Assembly (NCBI GenBank): GCA_000934665.2
Contig: JYFJ02000886.1
Location: 1-64,000 of the forward strand
Source: Catajapyx aquilonaris
Lineage: Eukaryota
Reading direction: 5' to 3'
DNA length: 64,000 nucleotides
The translations under genes were made by a program, and so were the position numbers. This document shows positions 1-12,100 of this stretch, piece after piece. Positions within the stretch are counted from its first letter, which is position 1, and each line of letters starts with the position of its first letter. Under the pieces are notes generated by a model. That model was not told where the DNA came from. It worked only from the letters and a program-made list of their open reading frames with translations, and did not search any database.

Positions 1-821
1 GGGGGGCGCCGAGGTCCTGTACATTATTCGCTCGAATATGCACCTTCTTCGCGGAGGAGAGACAGAAAAGAGGATGATTTTGAATGGCCTTGCGCATATG
101 GCGCGCAGTTATGATTTTTTTTTTTGGAAAGTAAGTAGTCAAGCAAAAGAAATTACATTTTAAACTATCAATGGTTCCAACATTTTCGCGGCGGGCTATG
201 GCCAAAATTTTGATTTTAATTTTGATGACAATACCAAATTTGAGTCACGCATTGTTAGCGAACCGCAATTTTAATGGGATTTAAAATCTGCATCTTACAA
301 CCATCCCTTGAGAGACGCATTCTCTGTTAACCCCTTCATGGGAGATTGCCCCTAAATGCGCAGTTAATAACAATGAATTTTGATACAAAAAAACACTACA
401 GTTCAGTTCGCTTTTGTGTAGCAAATATTGGGCTATAGTTTTGGGGAAACCACCCTTGACCTTGTCAAAAGATAGGTCATAATTTAGCAGTCTCGTATTG
501 TGATTATTTTGCAATAGGCGAAAACTAAGGACACGGGCAAAATTTGCTGGCTAATTTTTGCCACTAGTTCTGTTTTTCATGGCCTCCAAGTCGTAAATCC
601 TCACAGTTCCAGTACAATGCCGTAGATGGGAGGGATGGGGCGGGGGGGGNGGGGGGGGGGGGGGGGGGCGAAAGGATAATTTAAAATATTCAATCACATC
701 ATTATTTTGAAGATATCAAATATATCCTACGCGACAAATCTTAATTAATCTCAATTAAATTTTTCAGGTGTCTTCAGAGTTTTCCTCTTGAACAAAAACT
801 CACAATAAAAGACTATACTAA

Positions 822-1024
822 AGCCGCGTTTACATGTGAGCGATTTGACGAGCGAAGTCTTCGCCGAGCGATAACATCTCTGAGTAACCCAAGTAACCAG
901 TATTGTTTGAGGCGAAAAGGGATTGTTACTTTCACCTCAAACAGTATTGGTTACTCGGGTTACTCAGCGATGTTATCGCCCGGCGAAACTTCGCGCGTCA
1001 AATCGCTCACATGTAAACGCGACT
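822..1024. mobile_element. Palindromic MITE (~200 bp), PIF/Harbinger-like ends
   Basis: AGCCGCGTTTACATGTGAGCGATTTGACG at the left pairs with CGTCAAATCGCTCACATGTAAACGCGACT at the right. The arms pair for about 95 bp around a short spacer. Flanks are TA-rich and the exact TSD is ambiguous. Confidence 0.85.
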
Positions 1025-1876
1025 ATACTCCAGTGTTTTTAGCTTTATACAGTATACAGTATAATTAATTGTGATAAACTGCGCAAGCTAACTCTGAAAA
1101 TCTTCGTAGTTTGGCACGAAATATGTTCCCGGCACTATAATTATGCTGGGAATGTATGACATGGCAGGAGAATCCGCTCAGGTTCGGCACTAAGAAAAAT
1201 CGGATTTTGACCATTAAAATGCTTCGGTTTTTTTTAACCCACAAGTAATGCTTTGTTGGTCCCTCTGGTGGTCAATTATATTCCAGTAAAAAAGACACAT
1301 AATCTGCATTGAAAGTTGCGGAAAACAAAAGGACCTGTTCAAGGTTATCCTGAGGAGCCCTGCAACCCAAACGACAGAAATTAGGCTCAGCTTGTAGTGC
1401 ATATTCTATGCACCTAGTTTTACGCTAAAGACCGCTGTGTTCGCCACTTACTGTATCTTTGATGTGGTAGGTGTTGCTACCTAGCGGCATTAGTAGTATT
1501 CAAAAAAATATTGCCACATGGTAAACTGTTTGATTAAATTATGCGAGAACTTTAAAATGCATTTGGGTCCTTCATATTCAAATAGTGGCTAAATCAGACC
1601 CATGAAGTCGGTCAAGTACAGAAGAGTATTGCGCGCGGCTCCCATGGGTTAACCTTCTGTTTGTCACTAATTAACTGATTAGCGCAATGCGCGTTATAAT
1701 ATGAACGCGTTATACGAACGCATTCCGGTGTTTAAGCGTTTCAAAACTACAGGTTAGTAATTGACGGTTAACAAGGTTTCTGGAAATGGCATTACTGTCC
1801 AGACAATAATAATTATAGGCGGGTTAAATAATTAATAAATAATATTATAGGTAGGTTAAATAATTAATGAATAATA

Positions 1877-2226
1877 GGGGAAGGCGTGGTGGCTGAGATG
1901 CTGGTAACGTCTCGGCTTGCTGTGCGGAAGGTCCCGGGTTCGATCCCTGCCCGGGAGTTCCCTTCCGCCTGCGTCAGTGGGTCTCTGGCCCGCGCCTAAG
2001 AAGGCGTCTTGGAAACCAAGCCTTCTGGGGGACTGCACATGACCCATTTCCGACAATGCACTTGCACCTGTGTCCCCTCCCCAAAAATCCCTATCCTTAC
2101 CCCCACTTCCTTGCTTCCCTGCACGGAGAATGAAGAAAAAAGTATAAAAATACTAGAAAACTGATGGTGGTATGTCACCCCCCTACAACGACTTACAGTT
2201 GTATCACGGGGTAAAATACATAAAAA
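1877..2226 (+). mobile_element. tRNA-derived SINE, family A, full length
   Basis: A-box-like TGGCTGAGATG and B-box GGTTCGATCC, body homologous to 28644-28860 and 51426-51772, ending ATCACGGGGTA plus an A-rich tail. Confidence 0.9.
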
Positions 2227-5200
2227 TTAATTAATATTATAACCACAGGTTAAATAATTACGGTAATAAATAATATTACAGGTATTGAATGATCGATCCA
2301 GGAGCATTATGCATTTTGATTTCAGTGTGAGCGTACCAAATAAGAGTCTCATTGATAATTTATTGAGGTATTGATATAAGCGAAATATTCGAGATGTTTC
2401 AGCAGTGTGCATGAGTAAATAACCGTGGAAGGCTTCTTGATCACATTGAGCGTCTACAAGAGAACTTGCTCGACATGATGTAGAAGGACGATCCACTATT
2501 TGCACGCACCATGGGTCAGACAAGGAGGAACACAGCCAAGGGAGTGTTGGAGCAGGTACAGCAGCAAGAACTAACTTAGAGAGCTGCTCCGTTTCCGTCT
2601 GAGAGAATACGAAAACCACTCCGGCGAGGATCTCACTTCACCTGAGATGGTCTATTAACCAGTATGCCACTCGTATAAGTTTATACGATGTAGAGTCTAC
2701 CATTTGGTCACCTGATCAACCAGACTACTTACTATACAGTAAACTATAAACTCGATAGGAAATAGGTATACCCATTTCCGTGCGTATTCAAGTAAGTTAC
2801 ACAATGCTTATTTTAAATAATAGATTACATATCCTGGTTTCTGCCTTCTGGTGCATGCTCCTACATTGTATAAACTATAAAGTCACCCGATGCAGAAGTT
2901 ACTTTATTGAACATCTTTCACTATACTGTATAACACCACGCTTCACCGAATCCAGCTCTTCTGGGCAGTAAAACCACATGTTCTATACCTTTTGAAACTT
3001 CACTGTAATGCAATCCGCTTGACCACTTGCAACAAGAACACTATACGACAAATCCTGCACAGAGATATATTCAGAGCAAAATCCGCAGATTTGGCCCAAG
3101 GTAACCACTTGGTTCTGTTGCAGTCCCTTTGAAAGTTACAGTGAAAGACCACACACAGCAGCATCCTTCCTCTCTTTTATCTTAATCCCCCTTCTGCCTC
3201 CTGGATACGCAATATCCCGCTTATTTTGATAGAAGTGTCCCAATAATGTGCTTCTATACCTATTGACGTGTGCAAGCAAATGACTAAGCAATCCTCTTGA
3301 AGCCTGAGAGCAGAGAAGGTGGCAAAAGTCTCTCTCCTTACCCACCCCTCCTGGCCCTAATTGGTGGCGTCCCACTACAACCACCCCTTGTCCAAATAAA
3401 CGGCCTGGAGCACCCTAGGCCATCATGGCAAGTGCAGCAACCAACCTTCTGCTGCTTCCAGACTAATTTACTAACTCGTGCCTGCTTTATTCCATCCCTT
3501 ACCTCCTTAGGCACCAACAAGTATGAGACAGAGAGACTAAATGGAAAGAAAACATGTCCCTAACAAATGGGGAGGGGGGGGCTTAAACTCACTAGCGAGG
3601 ATGAGTACAGGTGTAACGGAAAGGCTGTATCCTACATATAGGATTAATACAGTACAGTACAGTAAGGATCATGGTCTTTGACCTATCCTCTGCTTCGGGC
3701 AGCCAGCTACCAAATGTCGTTTGCAAGAGAAATCGGTGAACACCAAACACTGTACCGAAAAACCTGCGCTTTGAAAATAAGAGTTTCAAAGCGAAAGGGA
3801 GGTAATTCTGAGAAAAATGGACCTGCAGGAGCAGAAATAAAATAGTCGTGCACAATACGTGCAGAGAACGATGTAGAATTCGTGTCCAAAAGTAAGCCCC
3901 AGATTGGGGCAAGAGCCAGAATTCCATGAAAAATGTTTTCAATTCTCCCGGAGGAAAATTCTCAGCTTTTCCCCTTCACCTAATATGCGCATCTTTTGTC
4001 ATTCTGGGCCCGGAGTATGCAAACAATAAAAAATCCTTCCGCTATTTTTCTCCTTCCATTTTGACGTGCAGATATTTGCACCATGCCACGGAAATTATGG
4101 AGGAAAGGGGGAACTGCGGCGAGGGAAATTAGATCTGCATTCTGTGCGATTCCTGCTGAATCCATGAGATATGTCAGCAGGAGTGACGGACAGTCGAATT
4201 CGGCCCCCTTTTGGAGAGAGAGCAAGGTCTGCAGTATGTACCTTTAGACTATGACTAATCATTATTTTCATCTGCATACGCATCTTTTTCTGCGCATTTT
4301 TATCGGTAAATATAGTACCGGTACGCTGGCGTCTCGCACCGTTTTTGATAACTCTGGTTCGTTAACCTCGTACTGCTTCACTTCCAAGTGGATAGGCGCA
4401 CAGTTGTTCCGTCACAGGAAAGAGATATGGCTTCTTTCTGGCATCTCAACGAGTGCTTCCCAACTGGAGATGTACGCCAGGAACAAGAGAAAACCCATCT
4501 TTACTGGAGAACTGCGTTCAGCCTTTTGGGCACAAAATGTATGTGGACAAGTGGCGGAGATGGGAGCGGGTAGGGAGGGGGGGGGGGGGCTTGGGCGACA
4601 AGGAAAACATAGTATGGGGAGAAACATTACAATTTCTAACCAGGTTCACAAATCACTATTTTTACAGCATATTATTTCCGTAAGATGACAAGGGACGCAC
4701 CACCGTTTATAAAAACAAAAAAGCAAAAGTCAATAGGCAGAGTTGAAGGAACTTATTTTTCTCCAGACATGCTTCGTTTCTTCGTTATATTTTTTTCGTA
4801 TACCCGGGAGGTAACTATTTAAAGCTTGTAATATGATGACCACCGGTTGTTTTGCCATATAATCACATATGCGAAATGACGATTAAATATACCGTATATT
4901 GTGCTTTTTTCGCCCGAAAATAGGCCTAAAATGTGAGTCAAATTGCACGCCATATGCAAAGAATAATGGTTGGTGTTGGGCTTAAATGACATTCCAATCG
5001 CGGCAAATTGTAATGCTGCGTAGTTACCTCGCAAAACACGTAACGCCTGTCACTTGACGAAGTGTACAGCGTCAGCAGTGACCATCAAGCAGTGATTTAT
5101 GTCCCTAGCGGTTGGAGCCACCGATGGATATTGTTTGCGGTCAGCGGTTATGAAATAAACCTCAAATAGTTCTCTACTTGTTAATAATTTGTTACATTAT

Positions 5201-6658
5201 GAGCGTAATGTGCCAAACCATTTATCCGCTTTGGCATTTGATTGTCAGCCTAGCCCGTGTCCACTAAAGACACCAGACCCACGTCAAAGGTGACCAATGC
5301 TGGAAAGCAATAGAAAAATGTTGGGTTGGCCCAAGTCCAAACCTTGCGCCTAGAGGATTGGGCAGCAAGAAGAAAATTAGACAGGAATAGGGAGTGGAGG
5401 GAAGGGGAAAAGAAAATCAAGATGGATGTTCGGGTTGTTGGTTGCTATGCAGGGCGTTGAATTCCGGGGAAGTGTCCCAAGACGCAAGTGGAAATCTGGC
5501 TGCCCTCCCTTTCATGCCCAAAGCCTACAAGCCTAGGAAGCTGCAAGGAGGCTTCCAATCCCTTCGCGGATATTTGAGGCCCAGACATCAGTTTGGGGCC
5601 AATCCCTCTCTAGGGGGGCGACTCAGGCTTCCAAATCCTGCTCAACAACGCCCTCTCTCATCTTTCACAACTCATGGAAACTTGGGCTTACTCCTTTCAC
5701 ACTACCACTTGGACCAATCCCTTTAGGTGCACATGCAGTTACTTATGTGTGGCTCCATCATACGGCAGAGTTTTAATGTCTGCGCCCATGGTGCCATCTA
5801 GACGACCTTGGGTCTTTGTCCACTACTGGTTCAATCATGGGCAGGTTAGTTCCTTTCCACAATGGTATCATCACTTTAGCGATATCAATCAAATTTCATG
5901 CCAGAGTAGTTTTTTGTCACGTTGATGATGTTATCGCAAATCTCATAATGGATGCGCCCGAAGAGATTTTCCCTTCGTGGAAGCAAATGAGCGGGAAATT
6001 TCCGTTTCATCATGCCATGCCTATACAATGTTATTGGGATTCAAAGCCAAAAGACTTCAAAGAAAGCTCATTAGTACCAAAGAAAAGTTGATTTGCCAAA
6101 TATCAGTCCGAAAAGTTGATCAAGGTTATTCCATTCCGCGATGATTGCGGCTAATTTCAGGTATTCAATTTGAACTCCCTTTCATCGGGTTTGGGTCTTT
6201 CAAGGGCGATTGGGAGACCGCAATGAGAAAACAGGTTCGCTCATAAAATGAAGCAACTGTGAACAAGTAGTTACGAAATGATAGCTGGCTAGTGTTACCA
6301 GCGTAACTGCAAGCTATTATGCTCCGACGCGACGCTTAAAAGTTAATTTATGAAGATAATTATAGTGATTATTTGTAGACTCCCAAAATGGCGCCAGAAT
6401 GCTCCCTACATAGGAATGTCCAGGGTTCGATCCCAAGTGGAAGTTATAATATTAGAAACATTGTGAATCAGATTGGCATCATACACATCACGGCTTTTTC
6501 CTAATATTGGGGTGCCAGCGCATAATGAGGAGGAGGTCCTCCTTACCCTCACACGATCACATGATGTATATGATGATATGATGATGAGACTTACATCATG
6601 TAATAAGTAGCATACCCAGAATTTTGATCCATCACAGTGTATACTGTATAATTATATA

Positions 6659-6987
6659 CAGGGTGTTTCAACTATTTTGTCCGAACAGTTATCGTAAAAT
6701 TGCACGTAGCTGTTACTTTGTAAGCAGTGACTTGCAAACGGTGATTTTTCGGAGGAACAGGGAATATTCCCTGTGAATTGTAGGTTGAAGTGGCATGCGT
6801 GCTGCCCGCTGAAAATTGAGGGTCAAGCCTGGAAAAAAGAGGGTCACACATGCCATGGAATGTGTGACCCTCTTTTTTCCCATTCCCCATTCCTCCGACA
6901 AATCACCGGTTGCAAGTCACTGCTTACAAAGTAGCAGCTACGTGCAATTTTACGATAACTGTTCGGACAAAAAGTTTAAACACCCTG
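6659..6987. mobile_element. Tc1/mariner-like MITE, family CAGGGTG-1, copy 1
   Basis: TA|CAGGGTGTTTCAA ... AAACACCCTG|TA, inverted arms of about 95 bp, internal palindrome at 6831-6880, homologous to 19579-19809. Confidence 0.92.
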
Positions 6988-7135
6988 TATACAGTATAAA
7001 GATAGTATAGGCTACTGTATAGACTATAGAGGGTGTCCAAAAGTCAGCTCAGATCAGTATCCGTCAAAATCTCGCATACTTTTCTGATCTCACGCTGATG
7101 GACAGGATTGGTTGACTTTCAGCTCAGTTCATTAA

Positions 7136-7333
7136 AGGCTCTGGCCACATCACCATAGGCCATTGAACGCGTCTGAAAAAAACCGTCATATTTTCCGAAA
7201 CATACTACATAGTAGCAAATAGGATTCCCTCGTGGTCAGCAGCACTAGGAGTGTTTTTCCCTCCAAGTAATACGTAGCAGGAAAAAGTGGCTTTTTCCAG
7301 CTGTGTTTGAACCTCTAGTGTGGGCAGGGTCAT
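7136..7333. mobile_element. Old degenerate MITE (Harbinger-like ends)
   Basis: Left AAAGGCTCTGGCCACA...GAAAAAAACCG is a degenerate match to the reverse complement of the right end TGGCTTTTTCCAG...TGTGGGCAGGGTCATTTA. Many mismatches. Confidence 0.4.
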
Positions 7334-8537
7334 TTATATAGGAGTGGCAATATAACATAGGAGACTGACACTGCACGGACCTCAAGTACTTAAAAAAACC
7401 TCAAAAATATGCACCAGGGCAAAGGGCAAAGGTTTTCGTTGCTGGATTTTCAAAGTGAAGTATGCAAAAATTTTGAACAATAAATTAGTCATTCAAATGA
7501 GGCACATAAAAATTAATATAAGGATAAAATCTGAAACCAACATTTAATATTTGTAGACGATTATTATAATCTCTGCCTTAAGCTTCTGTGTCAGCAAAGA
7601 TCAAGACTTAAACGATACTACAGGGGATGGCATACAGTCATACACTAGTAACTACCATTATTCGAGAGAAGTGCTTAGATGGAAGTGATTATAAAGTTAA
7701 TAAAAACACTGGTCCAGGTATTCATAACCTCGCGAGAGAATATTTGCGCAACCACATTGTTCCCAACTGCGAGGTTGGCCGCAGTTTTGCACAAGCCTAA
7801 CGGATTAGGCATTCCATCGCATCGCAAAAAAAGGAGTTCCCCCGGATTTTTTAAGAGGCAAAGGCAATATTGACTTTATCGAGTGTATTGGAGTTTTCAC
7901 GCCCGACGCCCAATCTCCTTTTTGGCCCGTTAGCCGATTACAGGCAAAGTCGAGCCTCCAATCAACCTTTGCTTCCTCCTTTGCACAATCACGTCCTACT
8001 GGAAAAAAGACGCTGATGCTAAACTTTGTGGCTGATGGGCTGCACTAAAAAGAATTGTGTGTGTCGGGAGAACGAAAAGAGAGAATTTCTCATGTTATTG
8101 ACAGCCGCCTTTTTTCACATCGTCGCATGTCGCAGGCCTAACTCGTAAGTAATGCCCGATACTGCTGGTTCAGGACTCCAAAATGCACTGTAATGTATCC
8201 CTCTTCCAACTACCCCAACATTATGTATATTTCAATCCGACTTTTTTGCTTCATGAGAAAAAGCACGTTGTTTTGACAGCACGAAGCAAACAGAGGTCCC
8301 TGCAAACCAGATAAACGATTTAATTATTCGGCGTATGCCTAAGGGCTCTCCTATTGGCATCCTACGTGCATCAGTACACAAAAGGTTCGCTTTGTGTCAA
8401 CTAGTGACCAATCTGCAAATGATCTCTCCATTACTGCCGTTCAAAAAATTTGTCTATTTGTTATACAACAATAATCCCAGCGTATTTCCTCGTGTAATTT
8501 AATCATGCTCGTGTCTTATACAGTAGGAAATTATATA

Positions 8538-8700
8538 CCATCAATATTGGGGTGAGATTGTGTCAGGGTATTTTTGGACAACAATGCGGCCTACTGGCAG
8601 AAGGCGTCAACTAGCGAATTTAGGCATGTGTCGCTACATTCCCGGTAGGGCGCACTGTTGTCCAAAAAATGCGCTGGCACAATCTCACCCCAATTGACGG
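8538..8700. mobile_element. TA-flanked palindromic MITE (CCRTCAA termini; pogo/Tc1-like)
   Basis: TA|CCATCAATATTGGGGTGAGATTGTG...TTTTTGGACAACA pairs with TGTTGTCCAAAAAA...CACAATCTCACCCCAATTGACGG|TA. Confidence 0.85.
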
Positions 8701-8707
8701 TATAGCC

Positions 8708-9132
8708 CAGCCCCCGGACACTTCCCCTACCATCTTATCTTATCGCCTGCCGCCGGCAGGCGATAAGATAAGATTGTAGGGGAAGTGTCCGAAGATTGTA
8801 GGGGAAGTGTCCGTTTTGCAGGAGGTGCTCACCTGAGAGCGCCATGAGACCTTTCACTGCACTGTTATGTGGCGACCCTACTGGACTACGCTGAACTTTA
8901 TAGGTACAAAAGGGAAGTGCTACATTGGGGGACCCAACATGGTCGCCTGCGGCCATGTTGAGCCCGCATGTAGCGGCTTCTCTTCTACCTTAATTCAGCG
9001 TAGTCCGGTAGGGTCGCCACATAATAGAGCAGAGAAAAGCTGCCTCATGGTGCTCTCAAGCGAGCACCTCGTGCAAAACGCCCCGGCAGGCGATAAGAGG
9101 GAGTGTCCATACCTTAGTATACTAAGACCATG
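8708..9132 (+). mobile_element. Asymmetric-ended fold-back element, copy 1 (CA...TG ends, 8-bp TSD, no TIR)
   Basis: TSD GTATAGCC at 8700-8707 and 9133-9140. Left end CAGCCCCCGGACAC, right end CTTAGTATACTAAGACCATG. Large internal palindrome at 8812-9080. Homologous to 40533-40872. Confidence 0.85.
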
Positions 9133-12100
9133 GTATAGCCTAAGTACACAAACTGCTGACACTGGGAAGTATTTTGCCGATCGTTTGATTGTTAACATTT
9201 TCTCCTCACAGGTCGTTTTCATCTACAGAAATCTTGATCAGGAGCTGCCAAGCTGCTTGTCCTTCTACAGCACCTGGATCATATGGCGGGTCTTATTTCA
9301 CATGCAGGGCGGGTAGAGACGAAACAAAGGCTGCATCTAAATCAAGCTAGTTGACCTGCAGTTGCCTGGGGCGGACCAATTACTATGTTCTTTAAGTCTG
9401 AGTCAACCACCTTCATTCATAAACGCCTGAATTGGCTCTCACCAACAACCGGTCTGTGTCACCTTGATTTTTTTTTTTGTCTTACCTGGCTGGTCAGGAA
9501 TTTTTTTTATAGACTTAGGTGATACAGACTCCAGTCTAACAGCTGTGCCACATCTCCAGACATCTGTTTAGTGGGCATCCGGTAGGTTTTTAAAGGGTGT
9601 GTCATGGGCCGTAGATTTGTCTTACCTTCAAATTTTTTCAAAATAAAAAATGTCTTAAAGTACAGGTAAGAGCCATTTCCAACTTCGTTTGTTAGGATTT
9701 ATTATAAACGACATTCTTGAAGGAGGTGCTTCCACCTGGCGGCTAAAATAATAATTCGGTCCTGACGTGAACACGTTTATGCCTGTTTGTTATTGCCTCT
9801 GTTTGAGGAAGGACTGCCTAAAATCATCGTTTTAGCATTGAGACTTTTGACATTACTCATTGGTACTTATGCCATCTACACGCAAAATATTTGCAGAACT
9901 GAACACAGTAGAAGTGTCTAATAGCATACAAGACTGCTTGTTCAAACTGCTGTTAACATTTCATTTACAGAGCGAAGCAAACTTTGACATGTAAAATGGG
10001 GCTTCTAACGTTAGCTAGGGATAAAGAAGCGACCCATTACATTGAATTCAATTGCTTGGTTTTCCACATGTTATACTGTAACGTATGTTGGAGCTACAGA
10101 AGTGTTTCCTAATGGTTTTCCCAAGCACTGTTGACTCTCGATTCACTGGACCAGTCACCTATCATCTCCCCACACAGGAACCTTCCTCTTGCTGGCACCA
10201 TCTATCGGCAGACGGGCAGAGTATCGTAATTTGGATAAATCTACATAAAAAGTAACATGTCGATTTTCACACGTGACACAAGAATGCTCTGATTTTGTCC
10301 GAAGGCTATATTTATGCATTGGCAGCTGCCCAGATAGTGACGTTGAGATGTGAAACTATGTTGAATAATATGACAGCATTGTCAAACTAGTCCAGTTTCA
10401 CCCCCTATTATCATCGCATTATGCATGATTATTTGAGTCATGTACCAGCAAAAACACGCGTTTTTCATCAAATGAAGTGCCTATCTTGTAAACAGGGTTT
10501 TTAAAAATATTGTAACAATTTGCTGCACCCTTAGATGTTGATCGACCCCACGGTTTCACTTTCATCCCATGGAGGTCATTCAACTTTAAGGCGGGCTTAC
10601 CTACTTAACTTCCTAGGATGCACTTGTCACCGGCCTTGAAAACGTGTTTATCAATGGAGCGACTTGTTTCCGCTCTCTCCTTCTTGGCCAACACGATTTT
10701 CCCACGGTGTTAAACGCTTACGTGGATAGTGTACCAATAGGAGAAAGGCTGCTTTTGCAACCGTAATACATAAGTGGGTAAATCTGACGATTCTCTATTT
10801 AAGCTGATTTTACTATTGCTATGTCTATTCCTTGGATAATTTTCACGATTCATTTCACCAAGTGACATTCGGCAGCAGTTGCAGTATATTATGGACTACT
10901 AGTGGCACACTTACCCCTAACACTTTATCACCACTAAACTTAATGTAGCCTACTGTGACCCTTAATACTGTTGGTCGCTAACAAGCATAACAGTTATAAG
11001 CTGCGTACGGGGCGAAAATATTCCAATAACAATTTTTACGGAGCCTATCATCATCCTGAACGTGTTTAATGTAAATCTTCATATAATTACGTAAAATAAC
11101 TGGCTTTAAGGGTTAAATTATCGTCGTCAAATTTGCTGGCAGCGGTTCGGTCTAGTTTCGAATAATAACACTGCAAACTAAGCATTTCGGAGCATGTTCG
11201 CTAAAGCTTATGAGACAGAGGTTTGAAACTCCCAATTAAAATTTCATTTCCAGAAGCAACTGCAGTATTAGGCCAGTCGTCCACACACATATACAAGGTC
11301 GGAAGCCCAAAGTTCGGTAATTAGCGGTTTGTAAAACGGGTTGCAAACTCTTCAAGTTTTTAACGGACTTGAGAAACTCGGGCCTTTCAACTTCAACATT
11401 TTCTAAACCTGAGCCGTTAGGAGCACACGAATTTTTCCAGAGCACATGCACATATGCGGTACTGTACACATTATTTTGTAGTAGCTAGTACACAACCACA
11501 CATGAGTGGTCTAGAATCGGGGAAAAAATCGTTATTCTGTGGATGAGCGATTTTTTTCAGTCAATAATGAAGCGAGTGTATTCGGCTTGAAAATATCAGG
11601 TTTTTTTCTTTTATTGGCGGAACACCTGTCAAGCTTTTCACATTATGCAATAGACTACCTGCAACATTCCACGCCGAATGTATCCCGGCAGATATGTGGA
11701 GATGGACTGCATGGGCGTAGATATGTGGTCCTCATTATCTCGTCTGTGCGCGCCTCACTTCAGATATTGCAACCTAGGCATATCCACGTTCAAACTTTTA
11801 ATAGACCTCCGTTTATGGATACTTTATGTTAGGCTCTGGAGGGCTCTCCGTCCCATTAAAGGATATCAGTTTCGATTTTCACCAGGAAAGAGGATAAAAT
11901 CCCTACAGGTCTGCGGCATGCGATACTATTTCTGCAAAACTCGTCAAAAGTATAAGTACCGGCAGTAAAACAACAAGAACAACAATAATAAAAATAATCA
12001 CGCCATGATGATATTAGAGAGTGGTCAAGTGATACTCCCACACCAGCAGGTACAGTAGGTATATTATTTAAGCAACATTTCTGGGCGACAATCGTGCTAT

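Noticed and set aside
637..668. Poly-G run containing an N (also poly-C with N at about 29518-29534)
   Set aside because: Homopolymer of uncertain length, more likely a sequencing or assembly ambiguity than a feature.
1877..1955. Possible tRNA genes (also 14951-15025 and 51695-51772)
   Set aside because: No intact cloverleaf. They continue into repeated bodies with A-rich tails and TSDs, so they are SINE heads.
6385..6445. Isolated B-box GGTTCGATCCC (another B-box-like word near 28115)
   Set aside because: Only a weak A box and no recognisable SINE body or tail.
8867..9316. 149-aa ORF and its counterpart at 40563-40772
   Set aside because: They lie within the palindromic element. The similarity between these ORFs reflects the repeat, not protein conservation.
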